Shown: positions 27,801 through 37,810 of the stretch, in pieces
Numbering within the stretch: the stretch's first letter is position 1
Layout of the letters: the number at the start of each line of letters is the position of its first letter
Translations under genes and position numbers: made by a program
NCBI GenBank assembly: GCA_050633305.1
Contig: JBOEGF010000004.1
Location: 287,929-351,928 of the forward strand
Length of the DNA: 64,000 nucleotides
Reading direction: 5' to 3'
DNA from: Nannocystales bacterium
Lineage (GTDB): Bacteria > Myxococcota_A > Polyangia > Nannocystales > Nannocystaceae
The notes under the pieces: generated by a model
Databases searched by the model: none
Seen by the model: the letters and a program-made list of their open reading frames with translations, nothing else
What the model was told of the DNA's origin: nothing

Positions 27801-29495
27801 GGGTCCGGACGCGTACGCCAAGCCGTTGCGGGTGCTGAACTTGGCCGCGTCGGAGGAACGCAGCCGTTCTTGGGCTCGGTCCAGTGCCTTGCGGAGCTGT
27901 TCCCGGTCGCGAACGACGAACGAGAGTCGATGGGACTCGCCAGGGTCGCGGCGGAGCATCGCGCATGCGATTTCCTCGGCGGTCCATTCGGCGTTGGCGT
28001 CGATGACTCGTGCGAGGGTCTCGAGCGCGGCGAGGAGCGCGTCTTTGCTGGACGCTGAGAGAACACAGAGCTCGACCGAACGCGGCCCACACGTGGCCGG
28101 ACGGCTCGCCTCCGGGGGCGCCTCCTCGAGCACGGCATGCGTGTTGATCCCCCCGAATCCGAACGAGTCGACCCCTGCCCGACGCGGGTTCGATGGGGGG
28201 TGGATCCACGCTGCGGGTGCAGTGGGAATGTACAGAGGCGCCTCGATTCCCAGCTCCGGGTTGACCTCGTCGCACAAGGTCGGAGGAATCGTCCGATGGT
28301 GCAGCGCCAGCGCGCACTTGATCAGTCCCGCGACTCCGGCCGCAGGAATACAGTGACTGATCATCGATTTGACCGAGCCCACGGGGAGACAGGGCGCATC
28401 GGAACGCTCGCCAAACACCCGCCGCAACGCCGCGATCTCGGTACGGTCTCCCAAGGGTATTCCGGTGCCATGCGCCTCGATCAGGCTCACGCTGTGGGGG
28501 TCGACGCCGGATTGTTCGTAGGCGCGACGAATCGCCAGGGCCTCGCCTTCGAGCGTCGGCGCGAGCAAGCCCTTCCCTCGGCCATCACTGGACTGCCCCA
28601 CGCCTCGAAGGACGGCGTAGATGCGGTCTTCGTCCCGCAGCGCATCCTCGAGCCGCTTGAGCACCACGATGCCGAGCCCCTCTCCCAGGAGCGTCCCGTC
28701 ACTCCCGCTCTCGAACGGACGCACCCGCCCCCGCCGACTCAGAGCCCCGAGCTGCGTGAAGATGGCGGCGACTTCGGGCGGCAGCGACGCGTTGACGCCC
28801 CCTGCCAACATCATGTCCGATCGACCCGCGCCCAGCTCGTCTGCCGCAGCCCCGACCGCCAGCAACGACGACGAACACGCCGCATCGACCAGGTAGTTGG
28901 GACCGCGGAGGTCGAGACGGTTCGCAATGCGCCCGGTCATCACGTTCGGGACCAGGCCCGGGGCGATGTCGGTGTTGCAGGTGGGGAGGCTGCTCTCGAG
29001 CAGCTCCCGGATCTCGGGGATTCGCTCTGGGGCAAGCGTCGGGCATGCAGCGCGCAGCAGCGCGATGCTCTGGTCGACGACGATGTGGTTTTGGATCAGT
29101 GTTCCCTGCCCGCGATGCAGGTACGTGCTGTGGCCAAGCACGACTCCGGTGTCGCGGTGGTCGTAACCCCGTTCGGCATAGCCGGCGTCGGCCAGAGCCG
29201 CGTGCGCGACACTCAGGGCCAGGAACTGGTCGGGTTCGCCACCATCGAGCGAGGACGGCATGATCCCAAAGCGGTGCGGTTCGAAGCGGAAGAGCTCGCC
29301 GAGGTAGCCGCCTGCCGCGGTGTCGACCCGCCCCGACTCGAGGTAACGCTGCGCATCCCAGCTCGCCGGAGGTTCGCCCACCGCGTCGTGACCGTGGATG
29401 ATGTTGCGCCAATACGCGTGGAGCGTCGGGGCATCCGGGAACACGCAGGCCATCCCGATGATGGCGATCTTGGAGGGGGTCGAATCGGCGGACAT
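24861..29495 (-). CDS. Type I PKS/FAS-like subunit KS-AT-DH-PPTase
   Basis: KS: DAACSSS, EAHGTG, KSMISH. AT: GHSSG, GYHT. DH: FLRDHIL..VP, MFHGP, LDAMGQ. Sfp-like PPTase: WLLGRAAIKE, SLSH, VGVDRE, WCAKEA. SD AAGGAG upstream. Confidence 0.92.
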   Translation of the reverse strand: MSADSTPSKIAIIGMACVFPDAPTLHAYWRNIIHGHDAVGEPPASWDAQRYLESGRVDTAAGGYLGELFRFEPHRFGIMPSSLDGGEPDQFLALSVAHAALADAGYAERGYDHRDTGVVLGHSTYLHRGQGTLIQNHIVVDQSIALLRAACPTLAPERIPEIRELLESSLPTCNTDIAPGLVPNVMTGRIANRLDLRGPNYLVDAACSSSLLAVGAAADELGAGRSDMMLAGGVNASLPPEVAAIFTQLGALSRRGRVRPFESGSDGTLLGEGLGIVVLKRLEDALRDEDRIYAVLRGVGQSSDGRGKGLLAPTLEGEALAIRRAYEQSGVDPHSVSLIEAHGTGIPLGDRTEIAALRRVFGERSDAPCLPVGSVKSMISHCIPAAGVAGLIKCALALHHRTIPPTLCDEVNPELGIEAPLYIPTAPAAWIHPPSNPRRAGVDSFGFGGINTHAVLEEAPPEASRPATCGPRSVELCVLSASSKDALLAALETLARVIDANAEWTAEEIACAMLRRDPGESHRLSFVVRDREQLRKALDRAQERLRSSDAAKFSTRNGLAYASGPDDGRLAFVFPGEGSQYVGMLEDLTTAFEDAREWFDVWSGVYAEPPGHRRTDIVWPASSVTAEERKGLEARLHDMDVGSEAVFFGAQAVMAVLRRLGVTPDAMLGHSSGESSALVASGAIAWDRPADVAEPIRRLNSVYQRVLADGDVPRGRLLAIGAMPIAQVRSVAASIDAAIVVAMHNCADQVVVFGPPESVETLEEKLTGDGGICVRLPFDRGYHTPAFAPASAQFRGYYDDIAVGKPTTTLYSCASAAPFPDDDEQVRGLAAAQWSQTVRFTETIRRMVDDGLTTFVEVGPSANLTSFVQSIARGTGVVALPTDHRRRGSLHTLLTTVGRLYTQGRPLKLERLFDGRTIDTIDLEGGEQTPRRFVVLDNSMPKITLTAEQTSQLRRLTAPKARPPAAAEAPTPMPSRQSTAARRVAAPLLEDVVVDGSGRLQANCRLDVEAQAFLRDHILCGEVSDTELRGLSCVPLMVSLEVLAEACAVLAGSVAVRAIEQVQAFTWIALDRGELELQIEARCIDAASGRYEASITGTAGVAVRAQVCFAAKTRCPPLAQLREHRDSIWNDDELYTSGMFHGPLFQSVRHIEGWDEQGIDTRLAAKSTLGFLRRGQLPGLVLDPVVLDAMGQVAAYWIAQYAGVRFNAFPSTIERLELYRNPTRGESGLRLLGRQRPDDPNSTDIAGGRTWDFECLDRRSRPLLRAVGLRNAYFPVPLRFYNVRRQPLTHWLGQPVSLPGRSDVSLWELPMFSEAFLTQSEGIFGRILASIYLDARERQVFEALGDTPRRRRQWLLGRAAIKEAVRAWIYRQTGELLYASAIAVDSDELGAPYVTGVWADALVAPPSVSLSHDASTCLVAISDGMRRVGVDREGLEKARRPELLRQALSTSEQASLEALRGEALQDRLLRYWCAKEAAAKFLGCGLGGDPSAFEVQLDPAGDTAVVRHQHARVHIDLVRDGASIVAVASPPNPEIMQWNQPSNP

Positions 29496-29515
29496 CGTCG
29501 TTCTCCTTGAAGCCC

Positions 29516-32500
29516 TCAGCGTTCTCCTGCGGCGGCAGGTCGTCGGGCGGGTTCGGCCGCCAACCGGTTGAGTCCTGCGGTCGCGATCCCGCGGAGCCCT
29601 TCGACCCGCATCACCAATCGTCCCGTCGCATCGAGGTAGGAGACGTTGGCAAGAATCTGGTCATCCGTCGTGGTCGCGAGTCGCTCAAAGACCATGGTCA
29701 GCCGCGCCGGCATCGTGTCGGTGAAGCGGACGATGCGGCCGAACTCCACCGGAAGCACCGTCTTGTCGATGCGTTGCCGAGCCCATACGATGGCGAGTTG
29801 GGGTCCCGCATCGAGCAGGCCGGGATCGAAGACCCAGCGCGCGCGCCCATCGGGGGCAGCCATCCACTCGGCGGGCGCGGAGGCTCGGACTTCTGCCGTG
29901 GCACCTTTTGGACCCAATCCGTCCACGCGCTCGATCACCTGAAGCGAGGGACCGTGGAACAACACCCCGTACGCATCCTTGGCCGACAGGGAGATGCCCT
30001 CAGCGTTGTGATGCTCGAATGGTGAGGGCGCATCGAGTTCGGGGCGAAGTCGCAGCACGCATCGGTAGTGCATCCGCCGCGGCGCAGCGACCTGTCGCAA
30101 GCTTGCCTGCACCTGCAAGCCCCCTTCACCGTCGGGGGCCGTCTTCAACTCGACCTGAACCTGGCGCCCTGTCTCCGGTCGGTCGATGCCTTTGAGGAGT
30201 CGACAACTTTCGATTTCGGCGACACGCAGGTTCGGGAAGCAGGCTTGTGCTGCCTCGGCCATCACCTCGGCTGCCGCGGCCGCCGGAACGATCGCGGTCC
30301 CGTCAATGCGATGCGCGTCGAGGTACAGATGCGTCGCGTCGAAGTTGAGCAACACCGTGTGCACCCCGGTCTCGTCGATGCTCGGTTCCGCGGCTCCAAG
30401 CAACGGTCCGGGAGCCTCGGGCGACCGCGCGAAGGCACCAATCGCCTCTTCAGAGGCCTCCCAGGGTCCCTCTCCGCAAACCACCTCGACCTCCGGGTTG
30501 TCCATGTGCGCCAGTTCATCGGCGAACAACCGTCGGCCGACCGCCGGCGACACGAGTGCGACGCCCTTCTCGGCGAACTTGGCCTCCGCGACGGCGTCGA
30601 CCATGCCACTGCCAAACGCGGTCGGTCCCCAGGGTCCCCAACACAGCGCAATGGTCCGCGCTCGAACGCTGCCGCGAAGCTGGCAGCACATGCGGTTCAT
30701 CAGTTCGTTGGCGCAGGCGTAGTCGGACTGACCGCTGTTCCCGTAGCGCCCGGCGACCGAACTCATGACAACGAAGAACTCGAGCGCTGGGCGCACCGCG
30801 AGCTTCTGCAGGAGCGCCAGGCCGATGACCTTCGTCTCGACCACCCGGGACCAGCTCGCTGGCGTCTTGTCGACCAGGCGCTTGTCCTCGATCACCCCTG
30901 CACCGTGGACCACCCCGAGAACGTCACCGTGGGTCTCACGGACGCGCGTGAACAGGGCTGCCAGCGCGTCCTCATCTGTGACGTCGACGGCGTGATACTC
31001 GACTGTAGCGCCGCGTTGGGCGAGGTCTTCGAGGTTGGCCCGAAGCTCCCGAGCCGCGACCACCCCCTGCACCTGGCGCTCGAGTGCCACTGGGGTGGCA
31101 CGAGTGCCCGCCGCCTTGGCCTCACCGATGAAGTGACGGCGGAGTTCAGCCGGTTCCCGAAGCGCTGCCATCGCCTCCGACTCGGCCTCCGGCATTGGGC
31201 GACGACCTGTCAGGATCAGCGTGACGCCCGGGCGTGCGAGAGAACGCAACAGCTCTGCCGTGACCCCCCGCCCTCCTCCAGTGGCGAGGACGACCCCGGC
31301 TTCGCTCCACGGCTGCGGCGCCGTCGCGTCGGCTGGTGCGATCGGGGTTGCAACGGTCGCAAAGACTGTCCGCTCGCCCCCGGGGTAGCCCACCTCCTGG
31401 CGGCCACCCTCAACCGACAACTCCGAGATGAGGAATTCGGCGAGCCTGTCGGCGGGCAGCGTGGGATCGAGGTCGACCGCCTTGGTGCGCAATCCGGGCC
31501 GCTCTTCACGGTAGGACTTGAGCATGCCGACCGCCCCCCCTTGAACCGCGAAGCCGTCCTGATGCGAGGGGGTACCCCGTGCGAACGTCCCTCCGAGCGC
31601 GGTCGCAGCCAACACGTGAGCGCGCTCCCCGAGCACCGGATCGAGAGAGCGGAGCAGGAGGAACAACGACTTGTCGAGCTCGAGCGCTCGACGCCAAGCC
31701 TTCGCCCCCGCATCGCGAGACACACGCGAAGCGCCGAGTGCAGCGAGATGAACGACGCCCGCCACGGATCGAAGCGCGGCCCCGTTCGCCTCGTGCCAGG
31801 CGGTCAACGCCTCCTCGCTCTCGCCCGCGCGTGTCCACAGCACCGCCTCTCGGCCCTGCTGCTTCAGCGCCTCCACCAACGCCTCGGCAACCCCGAGAGT
31901 GTCGCGAACGACGACGAAGGTGCCCTCCTCAAGGGAGCGCCGAGCGTTGGTGGGGAGCGCCCGTGGCTGCGGGACCACGACAAACCGAGGTGGGTGTTCG
32001 ACCGCGTCGACCCCTGATCCCACCTCGGCTCCATCAAAAGGGCGCGAGCCCTCCACAGCCGGACTCGACGCCGCGCCGAGGATGCCCAACATGCCATCGA
32101 GGGTCGGCTGGGTGTTCAACTCCGACATTCGCGGTGTCACGGCATCGCGGTGCGTCGGCGGGAGCAGCTCAAGCACCGCCGTCGCCACCTCGACTCGCTT
32201 GATCGAATCGATACCGAGGTCGGCTTCGAGGCCTTGGGTCAGGTCGAGCATGTCGCGCGGATATCCGGTCTTGTCTTCGACCACCCCGAGCAGCAAGTCC
32301 GTCAGCGCCTCTCGATCCAGGATCGCAGCCGCAGGCTCCGTTGGCGCCGGCGCGACCGATGCGGGTGTAGGTGCGGGGACAGGCGCTGATACCGGGACAG
32401 GGACAGGCGGGGGCGCGGCCACTTCGGGCGCAGGGCTCGGATGCGGGTCGGCCGAGACATCCGCCGCGACGGGCGACCACGCGGGTGCAAGCACCCTTGC

Positions 32501-35500
32501 GTCGGGTATCGCCCGGTCCTCGTCCACAGAGCGCGCGGAGGTCGACACGAGGCCGGCCGTCGCGCGGGAACGCAAGTACACCGACATGACGCGTTCCTGG
32601 GTCTCCAGGAACTGCTGCATCATGGCGAAATACCCATCCATCTTACTTTCATCGTGTTCAGTCATGGGGTGTGCCTTCGGCTTGTGCGCGGTGGTGGGTC
32701 GGCGACGGATCGGGAGGGCCGACACCGGGGAAGAAACGGGCGCGACTCGGGACCGGGTTTGCGTCGCGGTGACCGGAGCCCGGGGAGCGGGAGCCGGCGC
32801 AGGAACAGCCGTTGCGGGCGTGCGGGGAGCCGACGCCGGCTCGGACCCTGGGTCCGCCGGGGGCTCGGGGGCGGCCACATCCTCCAGGGTCACGCCGACC
32901 TGCCTGGGAGGTGTCCCTGCGGGGCGGACACCACTGCCGTTGACCAACCACGCGTGGGACGGAACGGCCTCGACGGGCGGCAGGTCAGCGACCGCAATGG
33001 TGTCCGCGCGTCCCTCGAACAACCGCTCCACATCGAGCGGAACGCCAGCGGACAGCAACCGGCCCGTCATGGCCAGGAGCCCCTCAATCCCGGGCTTGTC
33101 GTCGATGGACACGGCGAGGTGCGGACGGTCGCCTGCGATTCGCCGGACGAGGGACGTCAGGACGGACTTGGGGCCCAGCTCGACAAAGACCTCGGCTCCA
33201 TCGCGCAACATCGCCTCGACCTGCGCCACAAACTCGACCGGACGCACGAGGTGCTGGTTCATCGCCTCCTTCAGCGCATCCGCCTCGTTCCCGTGGCGCT
33301 CTCCGGTGGTGTTCGCGTAGACCGGCGTCGTGGGGGCCGACCAGGTCGTGGCATCGATCGCCTCTCGCAACGCAGCGCGGGCCGGCTCGACCAGCGGGCT
33401 GTGGAAGCCGGCCGCGACCGGGAATCGGCGTACACGGACGCCCGCCTCGCTCAGTCGAGTCTGCGCGGCCTCGATCCCCGCCTCGGTCCCTGAGATCACG
33501 ACTTGCTCCGGCCCGTTGTGGTTGGCGACCACCACCCCCTCGAGGTCGGAGACCGCGTTCTCGACGACCTCTCGTGGCGCAAGCGCGGCGGCCATGGTGC
33601 CCAGAGGTTTGCCGGCCTCCGCAACGGAGTCCACGATGGCGCGCCCCCGTGCGACCGAAAGGCGCAGCATCGACTCGAGGTCGAGGACACCGCCTGCGTA
33701 CAGCGCCACAAACTCGCCGTAGCTGTGCCCCCCGAACATGTCCGCCCGCAGGCCCAGTCGCTGCATCAAGTGCAGGGCTGCGGCCTCCACGGCTCCGAGG
33801 GCTGGCTGCGCGACGTCGGTGGCGGTCAGCGAAGCCGCGGCGGCGCTCCGGGTCTCGTCGTCGTAGCAACCCGCCGGAAACACGAAGCGGCTGAGCGTCT
33901 GCCCTGAACCGAACCGGGCCTCGAACGCGTCTCGGGTGAGGCTCTCCGCCTGGGTCCAAGTGTCGAGGAACACTCCGAACCGAACACACAGCTCGCGCAG
34001 CATCTCGGGGTACTGCGAACCCTGGCCGGAGAAGAGGACGGCGAGTTTCGGGGCGGCCTCGCCGTGTGCCCCATAGAACACGCCCTCAGGTTGCGACTGG
34101 CCCTCGTCCCCAAGGAACGCGACGGCGCGTTCGAGACTCTCGACCATGGTCTCTTCGCTTCGCACCAAGAGCGCCAGCGTGTGTGTGCAGCGCTCGTGTC
34201 GTCCCGCAAGGGCCGCGGCCACCACCCTCAGCGGGGCGCTCGTGCCTTGGTCCACCCGCGCCTTGAGCTCGTTGACCGCGTCCAGCAGCCCCTCGCGCGA
34301 AGCTGCGCTCCACACGAGCAGTTCGGCTGGCCAGCGGGTGGTCGGCGCAGGTCGAAGCCAGGGCCGGTACTCGTCGCCGTACTCCTCGAGCACCGCGTGG
34401 AAGTTGGTGCCTCCGAATCCGAAGGCCGATACTGCACCGCGACGCGGATGCTCGGGGCTGCGAATCCATGGCCGCGCTTGATCGATCAGATGCAGCGGCG
34501 TTTCCGAGGTTCGCAACGAGGGAAGCGGATCATCGACCACGCGATGGGGAGGCAAGACCCTCCGGTAGAGCGCTTGTGCCACCTTCATCAGACCCGCAAC
34601 GCCCGCGGCAGACTTGGTGTGACCGACGTTGGTCTTGACCGAGCCGATGACCGCGCGCCGAGGGCGGGCACCGGCGTCCATGAGCAGGCGGGTGGTGCTC
34701 TTGAGTTCGGTGGTATCTCCCGCCACCGTCCCCGTGCCGTGGGCCTCGAACAGTTCCACCGTATTCGGTGTGAAGCCGGCTTGGTCGTACGCGCGACGCA
34801 TCGCGCGAAGCTGTCCGAGCGCGTGAGGAGCCGTCAGAGCGCGGGCACGACCGTCGCTGCTCCCAGCGACGCCCTTGAGGACGGCGTAGATCCTGTCGCC
34901 GTCCCGCTCCGCGTCGGCAAGACGCTTGAGCGCAACCATGGCGACGCCCTCCGAGATCACGATTCCGTCTCCGCTGCGATCGAACGTGCGACACCGGCCT
35001 CGCGGGGAGAGGGCCGACGTCTTGCTGAAGCACAGGTAGCCGAAGGGCCCCTGCACGGTGTCGAAACCGCCGGCCAGCGCCAGGTCTGCTCGCCCAGAGA
35101 CCAGCTCCTGCGCGGCCTGGTAGACCGACGTCAGCGACGAGGCACAGGCCGCGTCGCTGGTGAAGTTGACGCCTCCGAAGTCGAACCGACTGGCGATCCG
35201 GCCGGCGACGACGTTGTTCAGAATCCCGGCGAACGAGTCCTCGGTCCACTCGGGGAGACGCTCGGCCACTTCGGGTGGCAGGCTTCCCGTGAACCGCGGC
35301 AACTCGGCCCGCAGCCCATACTGGGTGCCGACGTCGCCGGACCCACCACTGGCTCCGAGAATGACCGAAGTCCGGGAGTGGTCGTGGTCTCCGTCCGCGT
35401 AGCCCGCATCTTTGAGTGTGCGCGCTGCAACCTCGAGCGCGACCAACTGGATCGGGTCGACAGCGGCCACGGATCGAGGGGGCATGCCGTAGCGCGTGGG

Positions 35501-37756
35501 ATCGAAGACCAAGTCGTCCAGGAACCCTCCCCACTTGGAGTAGACCTTGTCGGGGGCCTTTGGATCGGCGTCGTAGTACAGCCGCCAATCCCAGCGATGA
35601 CGCGGGACCTCGGAGATCGCATCGACGTTGTCGACGATGTTGTCCCAGTAGGCGTCGACCGTGTCGGCGCTGGGGAACAAGCTCCCAAGTCCAACGATGG
35701 CGACGTCGAGTGGGGCTGAGGTGTCCTCGACAGGGCGCTCGGAGGCGCGCTCGCGCTCGGTGTGTTCTAGAAGGTCGAGCGCCCCGAGTGTGACGTCGGT
35801 GTGGAGTTGCGCCAGCGTCGTCGTCTCGCATCGGAGCGTGGCGACCTGGCCCAGCATGTACATGCCACGCTCCGCTTGGCCGCTCTCGCCGACCTCGACC
35901 AGTTTCGACCCATCCCGCTCAATGCCCTTCGACGCGATCCGGAGCCGGCCCAGCACGAGGTCGTCGAGGACCTTTCGCCCCCCGTCGGCCTCGCCCTCCA
36001 GGGCTGCGGCCTTGCGGAAAAACTCCTTGGCGAAGGGCGTGTATGCGCAGCGGCTGGCGTGCCCCGGCCCGGACACGAGAGGCACCGTGCGCTCACACGC
36101 GAGCACTTCCTGTTGAAAGCGCGGAACGATCGCCCCGCTTTCCACGATCTCGTTCGTGAACAGGTAGGCACTCCCCATCAGCACGCCGACTCGGACCCCG
36201 CGGCGGAGCAACGGGGCCGCCAGCACCTGGACGAGCGCGGACGAGCGCGCGTCATGGATGCCACCAGCGAACAGCACTTGGACTTCCTCCGCAGCGCACG
36301 CCTTGGCATCGAGGATCTCGACCAAGCCGTCGACCATGCTGCTCCACAACACGAAGCTGCTCAGAGGTCCGACGTGTCCCCCGCACTCTCGCCCCTCGAA
36401 GATGAAGCGCCGGGCACCACCTCGGACAAACGGGCCGACGAGCGACGCCCCAGGCACGTGCAGAAAGCTCGGGATCCCGGCGGCCTCCAGCGCGACGGCT
36501 TGATCGGGGCGGCCGCCCGCGATGATGGCATACGAAGGCCCTGCCTCGCGTGCCAGCGCAACCTGCTCCTCGAGGAGTTCTCGGGGCGCAAAGCCCAGCA
36601 GCCCGACTCCCCAACGGCGCCCTACCAGTTCACGGGCGCACTCGGCGAGCAACGTACGCAGGGAGTCTCCGCGCACCAAAGCCAACGCGACCATCGGGAG
36701 ACCGCCCGCATCGCTCACTTGCCGGGCGAAACCCGCACGGTCGGATACGCGAGTCATTGGACCCTGCACCACCGGGAGCTCCGTTCCCAGCGCTTCGGCC
36801 AGCGGCGCTTGCGGGGCCGAGGCCCGTGCCCGGACGGCGGCTTGCAGACTGTCGTCGATCGCAGCTTCGATCGCCTTCTTCAGAGCAGCCAGCGACCCGT
36901 ACCGCTGGGCGAACGACGCTGCGAAGCCAACATCTTGGCCCATCGGGAGAACCGCGTCGTTCGGCGTGTCCCAGCGTGTGCTGCCACGGAGTAGCGCGCG
37001 GAGTTCGTCGAACCGTTTCTGTTTCCCATCCTCGGCGAACGCGCGCGAGGCCGCATTTCGCGGGCGCACGAGGACGCGGCAGTACTCCCCAAACTCCTCG
37101 CTTCCCACAGCGACCGTCTCGGTGCCGGACAATTTCGAGAGCAGCCCTCGAAACTCGTCCGTCGGCCGAAGGTCGTCGAGGAGCAGGAGTTGGCTGTCGA
37201 ACACGCCGCCCGCAACGCCGAGCGCGGCACAGGCTGCGGCCGAGTGCAGCGTCATGCCTCCGTGGACGTACAGGGGGACGCTGCCTTGCTCGGCCCATCG
37301 CTGGACCAGAGCGAACGAGCTCTGCTCGCCGACGAACCCGGCGGATTCGTGCCCGGTCAGGACCGCGCCGTCCACGGTGTCCTGGGACCATGAGGCCGGA
37401 TCTTGTCCGCCTCGAACGGTCACCAAGACACGGATGCCGGGCCGACGGAGCGACTCGAGCCCCCTGCGCGCGTCGGTCTGCCACACGTCCGCGTCGGCGA
37501 GGATCCAGCTGAGGCCGCGGTCGACGAAACGCTCGAGCAGGCGAAGCTGTTGTTCGCCGAGTGCGTCGACCGCGACCGCAAACGGGTGCCTGTGATGCTT
37601 TGCGAGGGTCTCCAGCTCGCTCTCGACGACGGAGAGGTCGGCGCCCTGCTCCATTCCGACAACCGCGGTCCACCCGGCCCGAGACGCCGCGACGAGGGCT
37701 TCGGCGTTGTGAAGTCCGAGCGGAAGCTTTGCGAACGTGAGGAATTCTTGAGGCAT
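29516..37756 (-). CDS. PUFA-synthase-like iterative type I PKS: two FMN TIM barrels (ER-like)-KS-AT-ACP-KR-DH
   Basis: FabK/nitronate-monooxygenase-like PVVQGPM, EGRECGGH, AGGI, MGSAYL. KS: DAACASS, HGTGT, KTNVGH. AT: GHSYG, AGFHS. ACP: LGIDSIKRVE. KR: TGGGRGV, YACAN. DH: LDAHRIDGTAIVP. Confidence 0.93.
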   Translation of the reverse strand: MPQEFLTFAKLPLGLHNAEALVAASRAGWTAVVGMEQGADLSVVESELETLAKHHRHPFAVAVDALGEQQLRLLERFVDRGLSWILADADVWQTDARRGLESLRRPGIRVLVTVRGGQDPASWSQDTVDGAVLTGHESAGFVGEQSSFALVQRWAEQGSVPLYVHGGMTLHSAAACAALGVAGGVFDSQLLLLDDLRPTDEFRGLLSKLSGTETVAVGSEEFGEYCRVLVRPRNAASRAFAEDGKQKRFDELRALLRGSTRWDTPNDAVLPMGQDVGFAASFAQRYGSLAALKKAIEAAIDDSLQAAVRARASAPQAPLAEALGTELPVVQGPMTRVSDRAGFARQVSDAGGLPMVALALVRGDSLRTLLAECARELVGRRWGVGLLGFAPRELLEEQVALAREAGPSYAIIAGGRPDQAVALEAAGIPSFLHVPGASLVGPFVRGGARRFIFEGRECGGHVGPLSSFVLWSSMVDGLVEILDAKACAAEEVQVLFAGGIHDARSSALVQVLAAPLLRRGVRVGVLMGSAYLFTNEIVESGAIVPRFQQEVLACERTVPLVSGPGHASRCAYTPFAKEFFRKAAALEGEADGGRKVLDDLVLGRLRIASKGIERDGSKLVEVGESGQAERGMYMLGQVATLRCETTTLAQLHTDVTLGALDLLEHTERERASERPVEDTSAPLDVAIVGLGSLFPSADTVDAYWDNIVDNVDAISEVPRHRWDWRLYYDADPKAPDKVYSKWGGFLDDLVFDPTRYGMPPRSVAAVDPIQLVALEVAARTLKDAGYADGDHDHSRTSVILGASGGSGDVGTQYGLRAELPRFTGSLPPEVAERLPEWTEDSFAGILNNVVAGRIASRFDFGGVNFTSDAACASSLTSVYQAAQELVSGRADLALAGGFDTVQGPFGYLCFSKTSALSPRGRCRTFDRSGDGIVISEGVAMVALKRLADAERDGDRIYAVLKGVAGSSDGRARALTAPHALGQLRAMRRAYDQAGFTPNTVELFEAHGTGTVAGDTTELKSTTRLLMDAGARPRRAVIGSVKTNVGHTKSAAGVAGLMKVAQALYRRVLPPHRVVDDPLPSLRTSETPLHLIDQARPWIRSPEHPRRGAVSAFGFGGTNFHAVLEEYGDEYRPWLRPAPTTRWPAELLVWSAASREGLLDAVNELKARVDQGTSAPLRVVAAALAGRHERCTHTLALLVRSEETMVESLERAVAFLGDEGQSQPEGVFYGAHGEAAPKLAVLFSGQGSQYPEMLRELCVRFGVFLDTWTQAESLTRDAFEARFGSGQTLSRFVFPAGCYDDETRSAAAASLTATDVAQPALGAVEAAALHLMQRLGLRADMFGGHSYGEFVALYAGGVLDLESMLRLSVARGRAIVDSVAEAGKPLGTMAAALAPREVVENAVSDLEGVVVANHNGPEQVVISGTEAGIEAAQTRLSEAGVRVRRFPVAAGFHSPLVEPARAALREAIDATTWSAPTTPVYANTTGERHGNEADALKEAMNQHLVRPVEFVAQVEAMLRDGAEVFVELGPKSVLTSLVRRIAGDRPHLAVSIDDKPGIEGLLAMTGRLLSAGVPLDVERLFEGRADTIAVADLPPVEAVPSHAWLVNGSGVRPAGTPPRQVGVTLEDVAAPEPPADPGSEPASAPRTPATAVPAPAPAPRAPVTATQTRSRVAPVSSPVSALPIRRRPTTAHKPKAHPMTEHDESKMDGYFAMMQQFLETQERVMSVYLRSRATAGLVSTSARSVDEDRAIPDARVLAPAWSPVAADVSADPHPSPAPEVAAPPPVPVPVSAPVPAPTPASVAPAPTEPAAAILDREALTDLLLGVVEDKTGYPRDMLDLTQGLEADLGIDSIKRVEVATAVLELLPPTHRDAVTPRMSELNTQPTLDGMLGILGAASSPAVEGSRPFDGAEVGSGVDAVEHPPRFVVVPQPRALPTNARRSLEEGTFVVVRDTLGVAEALVEALKQQGREAVLWTRAGESEEALTAWHEANGAALRSVAGVVHLAALGASRVSRDAGAKAWRRALELDKSLFLLLRSLDPVLGERAHVLAATALGGTFARGTPSHQDGFAVQGGAVGMLKSYREERPGLRTKAVDLDPTLPADRLAEFLISELSVEGGRQEVGYPGGERTVFATVATPIAPADATAPQPWSEAGVVLATGGGRGVTAELLRSLARPGVTLILTGRRPMPEAESEAMAALREPAELRRHFIGEAKAAGTRATPVALERQVQGVVAARELRANLEDLAQRGATVEYHAVDVTDEDALAALFTRVRETHGDVLGVVHGAGVIEDKRLVDKTPASWSRVVETKVIGLALLQKLAVRPALEFFVVMSSVAGRYGNSGQSDYACANELMNRMCCQLRGSVRARTIALCWGPWGPTAFGSGMVDAVAEAKFAEKGVALVSPAVGRRLFADELAHMDNPEVEVVCGEGPWEASEEAIGAFARSPEAPGPLLGAAEPSIDETGVHTVLLNFDATHLYLDAHRIDGTAIVPAAAAAEVMAEAAQACFPNLRVAEIESCRLLKGIDRPETGRQVQVELKTAPDGEGGLQVQASLRQVAAPRRMHYRCVLRLRPELDAPSPFEHHNAEGISLSAKDAYGVLFHGPSLQVIERVDGLGPKGATAEVRASAPAEWMAAPDGRARWVFDPGLLDAGPQLAIVWARQRIDKTVLPVEFGRIVRFTDTMPARLTMVFERLATTTDDQILANVSYLDATGRLVMRVEGLRGIATAGLNRLAAEPARRPAAAGER

Positions 37757-37810
37757 ATGAAAACCGCGACAGTCCAGAGGACGGCGTGCAGGGGGTCGGA
37801 AAGATTCGAG

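Noticed and set aside
24861..37756. Enediyne biosynthetic cluster
   Set aside because: KS-AT-ACP-KR-DH and PPTase echo PKSE, but there are ER-like barrels, the PPTase is on a second synthase, and no hotdog TE or recognisable E3/E4/E5 cassette is present.
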